The notes under the pieces: model-generated | Told to the model about the DNA's origin: nothing | Seen by the model: only the letters and a program-made list of their open reading frames with translations | Database searches by the model: none | Shown: positions 27,689-37,031 of the stretch, in pieces | Numbering within the stretch: position 1 is the stretch's first letter | How the letters are laid out: every line of letters starts with the position of its first letter | NCBI GenBank assembly: GCA_964545575.1 | Contig: CAZJFL010000001.1 | Location: 69,878 to 133,877 of the forward strand | Direction: 5' to 3' | DNA from: an uncultured Planctomycetales bacterium | Lineage (GTDB): Bacteria; Omnitrophota; Gorgyraeia; Gygaellales; Profunditerraquicolaceae | DNA: 64,000 bases | Position numbers and translations under genes: made by a program

Positions 27689-28648
27689 TTACCGACAGTG
27701 CACTACGTCCCCGGCCATCACCTTCTGGGTTAATCCGGAATCCCTCCTTAAGAGCAGGCCTCCGTCGGTATCAATACCCACTGCCTCCCCCTCCATGTGT
27801 GCCTCATGGGAAATAACCTTTATCCTCCTGCCGAGAGTCAGATTAAAAATATGCCATTTATCAATGATCACCTTGGCTGTTTTTTTCTGAAAAAGCAGGT
27901 AATTAAATTCTATGCGGCGCAATATCTCCTGAAGCAAAACAATGCGGTTTACTTCTTCCCTCTTTTGCTCCTTTAATGAGGTAGCGCCTTCTACCAGTGC
28001 TTTCTTATCGTTGTTGACGTTTAAGCCTATGCCGATAACGATAAAACGGATTTCGTCGGTCTCGGCACTCAATTCAGTCAGTATTCCGCCGACTTTTTTA
28101 TTATGGATCAGGACGTCGTTAGGCCATTTAATCTTGGCCTCTAATCCGCAGGTTTCCTTTATTGCCTCGCAGATACTTACCGCAGCCATAAGCGTCAGGA
28201 TCGGCGATTGCGCCGGCATAATCTTAGGCCTTAAGACCAAAGATAAATATATACCCTGATATTTAGGCGAAATCCATGCCCTGCCGAGCCTGCCCTTGCC
28301 TCTGGTTTGCGCTTCGGCTACCACCACCGCCCCTTCCGGGCAGCCGCTAATCCCCATCTGGGCTGCGATGCCCATAGTCGAGGGCACCGTTTCCAGATAA
28401 CAGATTTTTCTACCGATGAACTTTGTGTTCAGGCCGTGGCTTATCTCACCCGCCAGGAGCCTGTCCGGCGAAGAAAGTAACTGATAACCTAAGTGCGGGA
28501 CAGCCACAATGTCATAGCCAGTATCCCTTAATTCCTGGATATGCTTCCATAATGCCTGGCGGCTTATCCCTAAACGTTCGCTTATTTCTTCTCCGGAGGC
28601 GTATTCCGATTTTTTCTTCAGGAATTCAAGGATTTTATCCCGTATCAT
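27689..28648 (-). CDS. birA: Bifunctional biotin-protein ligase / biotin operon repressor
   Basis: N-terminal HTH (GEEISERLGISRQALWKHIQEL) plus a BPL catalytic domain with GRGRLGRAW. Confidence 0.9.
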   Translation of the reverse strand: MIRDKILEFLKKKSEYASGEEISERLGISRQALWKHIQELRDTGYDIVAVPHLGYQLLSSPDRLLAGEISHGLNTKFIGRKICYLETVPSTMGIAAQMGISGCPEGAVVVAEAQTRGKGRLGRAWISPKYQGIYLSLVLRPKIMPAQSPILTLMAAVSICEAIKETCGLEAKIKWPNDVLIHNKKVGGILTELSAETDEIRFIVIGIGLNVNNDKKALVEGATSLKEQKREEVNRIVLLQEILRRIEFNYLLFQKKTAKVIIDKWHIFNLTLGRRIKVISHEAHMEGEAVGIDTDGGLLLRRDSGLTQKVMAGDVVHCR

Positions 28649-28653
28649 TTTTT

Positions 28654-29031
28654 TCAGGAAGGATTTTTCTTGCGGTAATCTTCGATAGCTGACTTTAGAG
28701 CTTCTTCCGCTAAAACCGAGCAGTGCATCTTAACCGGTGGCAGCCCCCCTAAAGCCTCTGCTACTGCCTTATTGGAAATCTCTAATGCCTCTTTGATGTT
28801 TTTGCCCTTGATCATTTCCGTAACCATGGAGCTGGTAGCTATGGCTGCGCCGCAGCCGAAGGTTTTAAATTTAGCGTCGGTAATTATCCCATCTTTAACT
28901 TTTATATAGAGCTCCATGATGTCTCCGCAGATAGGATTGCCGACCTTGCCCCTGCCGTCGGGATTTTCGATTTCTCCGACATTGCGCGGATGCAGAAAGT
29001 GATCCATTACTTTTTCGCTATAATTCTCCAT
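28654..29031 (-). CDS. Fe-S cluster scaffold NifU/IscU
   Basis: GNPICGD...FKTFGCGAAIA...HC conserved Cys triad. Confidence 0.85.
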   Translation of the reverse strand: MENYSEKVMDHFLHPRNVGEIENPDGRGKVGNPICGDIMELYIKVKDGIITDAKFKTFGCGAAIATSSMVTEMIKGKNIKEALEISNKAVAEALGGLPPVKMHCSVLAEEALKSAIEDYRKKNPS

Positions 29032-29032
29032 T

Positions 29033-30193
29033 TTATCCTTTATAAAGCGGCGACATCTTGCGCAGTTTTTCTACCACCGACGGCAATTGCTCTAATAAAT
29101 AATCAACATCTTCTTTGCTAGTCCATCTGCCTAAAGTAATACGCAATGAACCATGAGCAATCTCATGGGGCAGGCCGATGGCTAATAATACGTGCGAAGG
29201 CTCTAAGGAACTAGAAGTGCAGGCAGAGCCGGTAGAAGCGGCAATTCCCAGCATATCCAGGCTAAGCAGTATCGACTCTCCTTCAATATACTTTATGGAA
29301 AAGTTTACGTTATTAGGCAGCCTTTTTGTGGCGTGGCCGTTTAGATAAACCTCAGGAATCCTCTTGGGGATTTCTGCAATCAGCCTATCGCGCAAACTGC
29401 TCTGTGCCTTCGCTTCCTCTTCCATCTTGTCGCTACAAAGTTCTATCGCCTTTGCTAACCCCACTATCCCCGGTGTATTATGCGTCGAGGCCCGCCTGTC
29501 TCTTTCCTGGTCTCCGCCGTGTAAAAACCTTTCAATGCGCGTGCCTCGTCTGATGTATAAAGCGCCAACGCCTTTCGGACCGTAAAATTTATGGGCAGAG
29601 AGGGATAACAAATCTACGCCCAGAGTATTTACGTTAACCGGTATATGTCCTACGGTCTGCACTGCGTCGCTATGAAAATAAATCCCTTTTTCCCGGGCGA
29701 TTTTGCCGATATCCGCTATCGGCTGGATAGTGCCGATTTCATTATTGGCGTGCATCACTGAAATAAGAATGGTTTTATCGGTAATTGCCTTTTTAATCTT
29801 GGCGGGATCAACCAGGCCGTATTTATCCACCCCCACAACCGAAATTTCAAAGCCCCTCTTCTCTAAAAACTTGGCCGGCTCACCAACCGCATGGTGCTCA
29901 ATAGCCGAGATAATGATGTGATTTCCTTTTTTCTCGTTTGCATAAGCAACACCTTCGAGAGCAAAATTATTTGCTTCGGTTCCCCCGGAGGTAAAAACGA
30001 TCTCCTCGGGTTTTGCGCCGAGGAAGGAAGCGACTTTTTCGCGGGCATCCTCGATTGCCTTTTTAGCTTCCTGTCCGTAAGTATGGATACTGGAGGGATT
30101 GCCGAACAGCTCAAAGAAATAAGGCTCCATCGCCTTGATCACTTCGGGGTCGGTGGGGGTAGTGGCAGCGTAATCTAAATATACTCTTTTCAT
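29033..30193 (-). CDS. Cysteine desulfurase (NifS/IscS)
   Basis: PLP-Lys motif SAHKFYGPKG and active-site SGSAC. Confidence 0.9.
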   Translation of the reverse strand: MKRVYLDYAATTPTDPEVIKAMEPYFFELFGNPSSIHTYGQEAKKAIEDAREKVASFLGAKPEEIVFTSGGTEANNFALEGVAYANEKKGNHIIISAIEHHAVGEPAKFLEKRGFEISVVGVDKYGLVDPAKIKKAITDKTILISVMHANNEIGTIQPIADIGKIAREKGIYFHSDAVQTVGHIPVNVNTLGVDLLSLSAHKFYGPKGVGALYIRRGTRIERFLHGGDQERDRRASTHNTPGIVGLAKAIELCSDKMEEEAKAQSSLRDRLIAEIPKRIPEVYLNGHATKRLPNNVNFSIKYIEGESILLSLDMLGIAASTGSACTSSSLEPSHVLLAIGLPHEIAHGSLRITLGRWTSKEDVDYLLEQLPSVVEKLRKMSPLYKG

Positions 30194-30984
30194 TTCTTAA
30201 ATACCTCATTCATGCTTCCGGTACGATAACCTTCCAAATCAACAGTGATGTAATTATATCCTAAACTCTTCAGCCTATCCAGTATAAAATCCCTTTTCTT
30301 TATCAGCCCCGGTATATCATATTTAGGCACTTCTATACGGCAGAGGCCGTGGTAATGCCTTAATCTCACCTGAGCAAAACCTTGTTTTCTTAAAAAATTT
30401 TCCGCGCGGTTAATCCGGGATAATAAAAGAGGCGATATTTTTATACCGTAGGGAATCCTTGAAGCCAGGCAGGCCAACGACGGCTTATCTGCCGTAGGCA
30501 GCCCTAAGGCTTTGCTTTGTTTGCGGATATCCTGCTTGGTAAAACCGGCCTCTTGTAAAGGAGAACGGACTTTTAATTCAATTCCTGCGATATTGCCCGG
30601 ACGGAAATCTCCTAAGTCAGAAACATTGCTGGCGTCAGCGATAAAGTTTAATTTATTTTTTTGGGCAAGGCCTTTTAAGCGGCTAAAAAGTTCCCTTTTA
30701 CAAAAATAACAGCGGTTAACCGGATTAGAAACGAACTTTTCGTTTTTTAATTCGCGGGTGTGGATGATTTTATGCCGCATCCTAAGTTTACGCGCCATCT
30801 TTTTCGCAAAAACCAGCTCTTCGGCGGGGTAAGTCGCGGAATCCGCCGTAACCGCCAAAACCTTATCTCCCAAAGCTTCTTGCGCCACCTTAAGAAGAAA
30901 AGTACTATCCAGGCCTCCGGAATAAGCGACCAGAACCGAACCCATATTTTTTAAGATTTTCTTTAGCTTCTCTAACTTATTCAT
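30190..30984 (-). CDS. PP-loop ATP pyrophosphatase, LarE-like sulfur transferase family
   Basis: The true start is MNKLEKL (ATG at 30982-30984). It carries the SGGLDS PP-loop and a CYFCK Cys motif. The track ORF start at 31119 reads through the upstream intergenic region. Confidence 0.7.
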   Translation of the reverse strand: MNKLEKLKKILKNMGSVLVAYSGGLDSTFLLKVAQEALGDKVLAVTADSATYPAEELVFAKKMARKLRMRHKIIHTRELKNEKFVSNPVNRCYFCKRELFSRLKGLAQKNKLNFIADASNVSDLGDFRPGNIAGIELKVRSPLQEAGFTKQDIRKQSKALGLPTADKPSLACLASRIPYGIKISPLLLSRINRAENFLRKQGFAQVRLRHYHGLCRIEVPKYDIPGLIKKRDFILDRLKSLGYNYITVDLEGYRTGSMNEVFKK

Positions 30985-31096
30985 AAATAAGGAGTGTCTG
31001 TAATTGAAGTGAGTTTGTGTGAGTTTTGCGGGTGGCGCGAAGTGTTTTAAAGGAGCATGATGCGACGAGAAACACGAAGCGACAGGACCCGCAAAA

Positions 31097-31504
31097 CTAA
31101 AAACGAACCTCCATTGCACGGGTAGGACACACCTTCACGCACAACTCGCAGGCGATACATTTATTATCATAAAAATGGACTTTGCGCGTAATCGGATCTA
31201 TCGCTAAAGCCCCGGTAGGGCAAATGGGCACGCAGACTCCGCAGTCAGTGCATTTGACTTCGTTACGGATGACATCCTGACTTAAAGGCTGGATCCGCAC
31301 GCCACAGGACTCTAAATATTTCATACCTTGATTAAAGTTTTTATCCTCACCGGCGAGCTCCAAAACCATCAACCCTTCTTCCTGCGGCGTAACATAAGCC
31401 TTGAGGATATTAAACTGCAGGTCATACTCCTTGACTAGCTTATAAATAATCGGCTGGTCCACCAGCCGGTGCGGAAAATGCAGAACTACGCGTTTGGAAA
31501 TCAT
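31097..31504 (-). CDS. NIL-domain / 2x[4Fe-4S] ferredoxin protein (MA1822-like)
   Basis: The start MISKRV overlaps the nfu stop (ATGA). It has [12 protein letters not shown] and [12 protein letters not shown] motifs. It is the partner of the COG1900 protein in homocysteine biosynthesis. Confidence 0.7.
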   Translation of the reverse strand: MISKRVVLHFPHRLVDQPIIYKLVKEYDLQFNILKAYVTPQEEGLMVLELAGEDKNFNQGMKYLESCGVRIQPLSQDVIRNEVKCTDCGVCVPICPTGALAIDPITRKVHFYDNKCIACELCVKVCPTRAMEVRF

Positions 31505-31734
31505 ACTGCAATCACCTCTTTTACTTGCGGGACTTCCTGCTTTATAATCCGCTCGATACCCATCTTTAAAGTTATCTGGCTCATCGGGCAACACCCGCAG
31601 GCCCCGGTAAGTTTTACTTTGACTATACCATCATCGCTAACATCTACTAATTCCACATCTCCGCCATCAGCAGCAAGCATCTGTTTTACTTTCTCTAAGA
31701 CCTTCTCTACTTGTTCGCGCATGTTATCCTCCAC
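31501..31734 (-). CDS. NifU-like C-terminal (Nfu) Fe-S carrier domain protein
   Basis: 77 aa with [10 protein letters not shown], probably using a GTG start. Confidence 0.7.
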   Translation of the reverse strand: MEDNMREQVEKVLEKVKQMLAADGGDVELVDVSDDGIVKVKLTGACGCCPMSQITLKMGIERIIKQEVPQVKEVIAV

Positions 31735-31853
31735 TAATGATCATGTGAATTAATGCACACGATGATTAGCAAAGCTAATCATCGTGTGTAAATTCAGGCA
31801 GAGACTTGCGTTCGCTCACGCTCCGCAAGTCTCGCCTTCATTTAATTATATCA

Positions 31854-33053
31854 CTAAATAGCCCTCTCTTTCAAGGGCTTAAAGGCATAGCCTGAATCTG
31901 CCCCGGGTAAAGCTGCCACGGGTTCGGTGAGCATAAAATCACGCTTTTCAATCCAGGCTTTCAATTCCTGCGCGATCTCCCGCGCCTTGGAATAACTGGA
32001 GAGGTTTCCGGTAGGGATCTCCTTGCCCTGCACCTTGATTTTACCGGATTTTAACTGGCTGTAACTAACCTCGGCTAAACTACCCGGAATCATCTGGGGA
32101 TAACTCTGGCTGTAATCTACTACCTGAGCATAAATCTCCTCGTCTTTGGCTGCTGCGTATTTAACCGTCTCTTCATCTAATATAGGTATGGGAACGCCAA
32201 TACCCACGGTCAGGGTTACGCCGTAACCTAACATACTCGTCCCCACCAGCCATTCGGGTTTCATCTGCTTTAAGTCTCCGATTACTGCCAGTGTCCCGGC
32301 AGGGGCTTGGGGGATACCGTTATCCGTCCTCTTTACTCCCGGATTATGCTGGGTGCCGTGCCAGGCGACATACCCGATACCTCCGCCTAACCAGATCTTG
32401 GTACCCACTCCGATAGTCTTGTAATTTGGGTCCTTTAACAAAGGGGAAAGCTGGCCGGCAGAGCAATAATTAGCATTACCCAGATGCGGCTTTAATACGC
32501 CCATATAAGTATAAATTATTTTATCCGAAAGATTCACCGCCACATTATAGTTCTGATAGCAGTTACGGATATTAAAAAGTACGGCCTCATTCAAATCCTT
32601 GATATTGATCAGCGTTTCCAGTTTCTTGCGCGGATAACAGTCTGTGCCGTAAGCACTCGCCTCCAGGCGGATATCCTTGCCGGCAACCAACTCCTGAATT
32701 ACGTGCCCGCCGCCGTATTTGAATTCTCCCGGGAAGACTTTATTGCGCGGGTCATCGTCGGGCATGGCAGTTGCGCCCAGATAAAAATCCATGGCCGCAA
32801 AACCGGTATAAACCGGCACATCGTTTAGTTTACATATTCCGCCGCCTAATTTTATTCGAGGGCGAGAGTGGCCGATATTAAAATAAGCGCCGGATGAACA
32901 CATCGGCCCGAAAGTTCCGGTAGTGACCACGTCTACTTCCTCTGCCGCCTTAGCCGAGCCTTTTTTAGCCACTAGGTCAATGATTTCTTCCGCCGTAACT
33001 ATCACGGCTTGGCCTTTTTTAATCTTCTCATTAATCTCTTTAATCGTCCTCAT
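31854..33053 (-). CDS. COG1900/DUF39 homocysteine-biosynthesis protein (MA1821-like)
   Basis: 399 aa with an N-terminal VDVVTTGTFGPMCSSGA region, characteristic of DUF39 sulfide-incorporating enzymes. Confidence 0.8.
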   Translation of the reverse strand: MRTIKEINEKIKKGQAVIVTAEEIIDLVAKKGSAKAAEEVDVVTTGTFGPMCSSGAYFNIGHSRPRIKLGGGICKLNDVPVYTGFAAMDFYLGATAMPDDDPRNKVFPGEFKYGGGHVIQELVAGKDIRLEASAYGTDCYPRKKLETLINIKDLNEAVLFNIRNCYQNYNVAVNLSDKIIYTYMGVLKPHLGNANYCSAGQLSPLLKDPNYKTIGVGTKIWLGGGIGYVAWHGTQHNPGVKRTDNGIPQAPAGTLAVIGDLKQMKPEWLVGTSMLGYGVTLTVGIGVPIPILDEETVKYAAAKDEEIYAQVVDYSQSYPQMIPGSLAEVSYSQLKSGKIKVQGKEIPTGNLSSYSKAREIAQELKAWIEKRDFMLTEPVAALPGADSGYAFKPLKERAI

Positions 33054-33077
33054 TATTCTTTCCTCCTTACCACCTAT

Positions 33078-33998
33078 TTAAACAAATAAATCGGTAGAAA
33101 GATACCTCTCTCCGGTATCCGGTAAAATTACCACGATAAGTTTGCCTTTATTCTCCAGCCGTTTTCCCACCTGGACTGCTGCCCAGGCCGCGGCACCCGA
33201 AGAAACTCCGGCCAATATCCCCTCTTCTTTGCTCAACCGCTGCGCCGTGGCTTTGGCATCGTCGTAACTGACCTGAATAATCTCATCGATAATTTTACGG
33301 TTCAGCACCTCCGGCACAAAGCCGGCGCCGATACCCTGAATTTTATGCGCTCCCGCCTTACCCCCGGATAATACCGGGGAATCCTTCGGCTCTACGGCCA
33401 CTGCCTTAAAAGAAAGCTTCTTCTGTTTGATTACCTCTGAAATACCGGTAATGGTACCGCCGGTGCCTACGCCGGACACTAAAATATCTATTTTACCTCG
33501 CGTATCCTCCCAGATCTCTATTGCCGTGGTGCGGCGGTGAACCTCCGGGTTTGCCAGATTCTGAAACTGCTGCAGCAGAAGATAACGCTTATCTGTCTTG
33601 GCTAAATCTTGCGCCCTTCTGACGGAGCCCGACATACCCTCGGCTCCCGGAGTAAGAATAATTTCCGCTCCGAAGGCAGAAAGAAGCTGGCGGCGTTCGA
33701 TACTCATCGTCTCCGGCATGGTCAGGACTAACTTATAACCCTTGACTGCACAGACGAAAGCCAAGGCAATCCCGGTGTTACCCGAAGTCGGTTCAATAAG
33801 AATAGTATCTTTTTTAATCTTACCTTCAATCTCGGCCTTCTCAATCATGCTCAAGCCGATCCTGTCCTTGACCGAAGAGCAGGGATTAAAGGACTCTAAT
33901 TTGGCAACCACCTCTGCGTTGCACTCTTTGGTAATCCGGTTTAAACGCACCAGAGGAGTATTTCCTATGAGTTTAGTGATATCTTTGGCAATCTGCAT
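33078..33998 (-). CDS. cysK: Cysteine synthase A (O-acetylserine sulfhydrylase)
   Basis: PLP-Lys SVKDR and GNTG/GTGGT glycine loops. Confidence 0.9.
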   Translation of the reverse strand: MQIAKDITKLIGNTPLVRLNRITKECNAEVVAKLESFNPCSSVKDRIGLSMIEKAEIEGKIKKDTILIEPTSGNTGIALAFVCAVKGYKLVLTMPETMSIERRQLLSAFGAEIILTPGAEGMSGSVRRAQDLAKTDKRYLLLQQFQNLANPEVHRRTTAIEIWEDTRGKIDILVSGVGTGGTITGISEVIKQKKLSFKAVAVEPKDSPVLSGGKAGAHKIQGIGAGFVPEVLNRKIIDEIIQVSYDDAKATAQRLSKEEGILAGVSSGAAAWAAVQVGKRLENKGKLIVVILPDTGERYLSTDLFV

Positions 33999-34012
33999 AC
34001 TCTCTCCTTGAA

Positions 34013-34453
34013 TTAAATCTGATAAATAAAAGCGGGGTCCTGCCTCTTTATTTTCTTTGCCAAATCTTCAAAGGTAACGCTGTCGATAATTCCAGAGGTG
34101 GACTCAGCAACCTTAGTCCAGATATCCCTAAAGGCGCATTTATAGATATCGCTGCAGCCCCGGTATTTCTTATCCACGCAAGCAATGGGTTCAATGGGCC
34201 CATCAATAAACCTGATCACCTCACCCAGTCTTATCTCTGACGGTGCCTTAGCTAAAAGATAACCCCCTATTTTGCCGCGCCGGCTTTCGACAAAGCTGCC
34301 TCTTTTTAAATCCAGAAGTATCTGCTCCAAAAATTTAACCGGGATATCCGCCCGCTTAGCCAGCTCATGAATAGCCACCGGGCTCTCCCCGTAATGCAAG
34401 GCTAAATCCAGAATCGTCTTTAAGGCGTAATCCCCTTTATAAGTAATACGCAT
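34013..34453 (-). CDS. Rrf2-family transcriptional regulator (IscR/CymR-like)
   Basis: N-terminal wHTH ([11 protein letters not shown]...[19 protein letters not shown]) and a C-terminal Cys cluster. Confidence 0.85.
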   Translation of the reverse strand: MRITYKGDYALKTILDLALHYGESPVAIHELAKRADIPVKFLEQILLDLKRGSFVESRRGKIGGYLLAKAPSEIRLGEVIRFIDGPIEPIACVDKKYRGCSDIYKCAFRDIWTKVAESTSGIIDSVTFEDLAKKIKRQDPAFIYQI

Positions 34454-34510
34454 AGTTATATCCTATAATCTCTATCAACATAGTAGAGTATACTGAGAAA
34501 ACGTATTTTG

Positions 34511-35287
34511 TCAAGTATTTTTTTTAATTAACTCCTTGGCTACCTTTTCTCCGGCAAGAAGCATTCCGCCGAAAATCGGCCCCATGCGCGGGCCCCCGAA
34601 TACCGCGTTTGCGCACATGCCGCAGGCATATAACCCGGGGCAGATTTCTTTTGAGTTCTTTACAATCGTATCCTCTCCTACCTCTGCCCACATAGACTGT
34701 TCACCCATGATTTTTCCGGTTTTTGTCTTCAGCCGGATGCCGGATTTCTTCTCAATAATCCGGGCTATCTCCGCAGGATGGCCGGTGGCATCCACCACGA
34801 ATTTAGCGCGCATACTAATGGGGTCAACATGCAGATCGGCTATTTCAACCGCTGTCCAGTTTAATACCAGCCCCACTACTTTCTTATTGCGCACCATCAC
34901 GTCTTCGGCGCTGATAAGATTAAAAATTTTCAAACCCGCCTTTACCGCCTTAGAGCAAATAGTTGAAACTGATTCGATGGAATCCGCTAAATAATAGCCT
35001 CGGGCGTAGCGTCTGCTTTTAATGCCAAACTCATCCAGTATCCTTCTGGCTTTCTCCTGGACCACAATTTCATTAAACATCATACCCCCGCCCCACATGC
35101 CGCCGCCGACGGAAAGCTTTCTTTCAAAAAGCACTACTTTTTTTCCTGCCTTGGCTAAATAATAACCGCAAACCATACCTGCCGGGCCGGCGCCGACAAT
35201 AGCCACCTCAACATCAAGTGCTGCAACCAGCTTATCTTTATAAGATTCTATGATTGCATTGGAAATCACTATTTCATCTAACTTCAT
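34511..35287 (-). CDS. thi4: Thiazole synthase Thi4 (archaeal/sulfide-dependent type)
   Basis: FAD motif [10 protein letters not shown] and the GMWGGGMMF region. It lies downstream of a TPP riboswitch. Confidence 0.85.
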   Translation of the reverse strand: MKLDEIVISNAIIESYKDKLVAALDVEVAIVGAGPAGMVCGYYLAKAGKKVVLFERKLSVGGGMWGGGMMFNEIVVQEKARRILDEFGIKSRRYARGYYLADSIESVSTICSKAVKAGLKIFNLISAEDVMVRNKKVVGLVLNWTAVEIADLHVDPISMRAKFVVDATGHPAEIARIIEKKSGIRLKTKTGKIMGEQSMWAEVGEDTIVKNSKEICPGLYACGMCANAVFGGPRMGPIFGGMLLAGEKVAKELIKKNT

Positions 35288-35359
35288 TTTAGTCTCCTCC
35301 CTTAACCCTTAATAAATAGGAAACCCTTATGCCAAATACATAAGGGTTATACACATTCA

Positions 35360-35455
35360 CTCCTCCTTTTCCTACGCTGGTATTATCCAGATCAGGTTAT
35401 CAGGGTCACCCCGCTTAAGCGGGGACTCTCAGGCCGTTATCACGACCTCCCCATA
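35360..35455 (-). promoter_or_regulatory. TPP (THI-box) riboswitch in the thi4 leader
   Basis: On the minus strand: GGGGUGACCCUGAUAACCUGAUCUGGAUAAUACCAGCGUAGGAA plus an upstream CUGAGAG, the two conserved THI-element blocks. Confidence 0.75.
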
Positions 35456-35467
35456 ATCTTATTTATT

Positions 35468-36196
35468 TTAATGCCCCAGCCTTTTTTGCAGGAAGGCGCG
35501 GAATTCAGGCGGAAACTCAATCTTAGCCCTGCCGGCAGAACACTTATCCAGGCTATCGATAATCTTAGGTAACATTTTGTAAGGAAAAGTAAGAATCAAT
35601 TTATCTTTTTCTACGTTGCACATTTTTCTGGCAGTATAGTCGTAAAAGGAGAGGTTAATTTCTCCGCTGAGCAATGGATAAATGATGCTTAAGCGGCAGG
35701 TCGGCCCGCCCATCTTGATTTTCGGCATCACCCCATCAAAAAAAGTAGCAAAAGTAAGCAAGCGGCAGGCCTGTTCGGCATTAACAATAAAAATCACCAA
35801 TTGCGGCTCTGCTTCGCACTTCTCTAGAGGAGAGAGTAAAAAGCGCTTTCCGGAATTATCCGGAACATCTTCGATCTGCGACAAGAGCTTATCCAAGGCC
35901 TCATAAGAACAAAAAAGCTTCTCCCCTTCTACTACAAATTTACGGATCATCCCCAAAACCTCGGGGTCTTTAACCCGGTGAAAACCTAAATGCCAGGAAG
36001 CGCCGAAACAGGCGTTATTCGCTTTATCTAATTCAATTACCTCGCCCTTTCCTGCTTCAAGGATTGCCCGGCAGATACGTATTTTTTTCTCTGCCGGCTT
36101 AGCACTTGCACCCTCAAGCAGGCTTACCCCCAGCGGGCTGTATTCTAAACCTAAGAGTTCTTTTAAAGTTTGCGCGTAGCCTTGCCAGTCTTTCAT
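35468..36196 (-). CDS. DUF169 family protein
   Basis: MKDWQGYAQTLKELLGLEYSPLGVSLLEG is the typical DUF169 N-terminus. 242 aa. Confidence 0.6.
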   Translation of the reverse strand: MKDWQGYAQTLKELLGLEYSPLGVSLLEGASAKPAEKKIRICRAILEAGKGEVIELDKANNACFGASWHLGFHRVKDPEVLGMIRKFVVEGEKLFCSYEALDKLLSQIEDVPDNSGKRFLLSPLEKCEAEPQLVIFIVNAEQACRLLTFATFFDGVMPKIKMGGPTCRLSIIYPLLSGEINLSFYDYTARKMCNVEKDKLILTFPYKMLPKIIDSLDKCSAGRAKIEFPPEFRAFLQKRLGH

Positions 36197-36198
36197 CG

Positions 36199-36867
36199 CT
36201 ATTTAGATTTAATCGCCAAAATCTTAATTAAGTCAGCTGCGTCTTCTATCTTATCCGTCACTCCTTCAAGGTACTCTGCCAGCTGGTAGCAAAGAAGCAA
36301 ACTGGTTGGCTCAAGTTTTTCGTGAATAATCGCTTCGATCAGGGTTTTCTTCTGGTCATCGGCTTGATGCTCCAGCCGGTCTACCTCTTCGCAATCTGTC
36401 AATGCTTTTTTAAGGTCGTTTTTGGAAAGCGACTGGATCCCCTCTTTTAGTTTAGAGATAGAGTTAACGATTAATTCCGTTGCCGATGAGATATTCTTTA
36501 AAATGCTCTCCGGAAGCTTCTGCTCGATAAACCCTAAGATGCGCGCAGCACCATTAGTCCAATCGGCAATCTTATCCAGGGTCTTGACAAAATGCATCAG
36601 GTCTTCCCGGTCCGGAGGAAGAAGCAGGCTCTCGGCAAGCTCGCTGACCATTTTCGACCTTAAAGTATCTGCCTCATGCTCGCTAACTCTGACGTTTTCA
36701 ATCGCCACGGTCTTGGCATTTAAATCCCCCTGAATAAACGCGCGCACTGCCTCGGAAAAATGGGTCACGGTTTTATAAGTCTCCTCCACGTGCTTCTGGG
36801 CATCCTTTAAAATAGAGAGCTCCTCAGCCATTCCTAACCAACCTAAGATATTCCTCGTTTCTTTCAT
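36199..36867 (-). CDS. DUF47 / PhoU-like phosphate-transport regulator
   Basis: 222-aa helical protein of the type that accompanies PiT transporters (COG1392). Confidence 0.7.
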   Translation of the reverse strand: MKETRNILGWLGMAEELSILKDAQKHVEETYKTVTHFSEAVRAFIQGDLNAKTVAIENVRVSEHEADTLRSKMVSELAESLLLPPDREDLMHFVKTLDKIADWTNGAARILGFIEQKLPESILKNISSATELIVNSISKLKEGIQSLSKNDLKKALTDCEEVDRLEHQADDQKKTLIEAIIHEKLEPTSLLLCYQLAEYLEGVTDKIEDAADLIKILAIKSK

Positions 36868-37031
36868 CTTTTACCTCCTTAAATGAGCAGAAAACTTACG
36901 GAGCGAATGAAATGAGCGACGTAAGTTTTAGCGTCCGTTATTTACTTGCCTATCAGCGTCTGCGAATTTACTCCGCTGCAGCAATCGTATTAATAACCAG
37001 CGGAGCAACAATCCATAGCTAATGCCCTTAC

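Noticed and set aside
30985-31119. N-terminal extension of the LarE-like ORF ([17 protein letters not shown]...)
   Set aside because: It reads through the intergenic inverted repeat. A PP-loop protein start at MNKLEKL fits family length.
31500-31565. Apparent frame inconsistency between my base-by-base reading and the ORF track around the nfu/ferredoxin overlap
   Set aside because: This is most likely my own misreading of one base in a C-run. The ORF-track frames are mutually consistent (ATGA overlap), so I followed the track.
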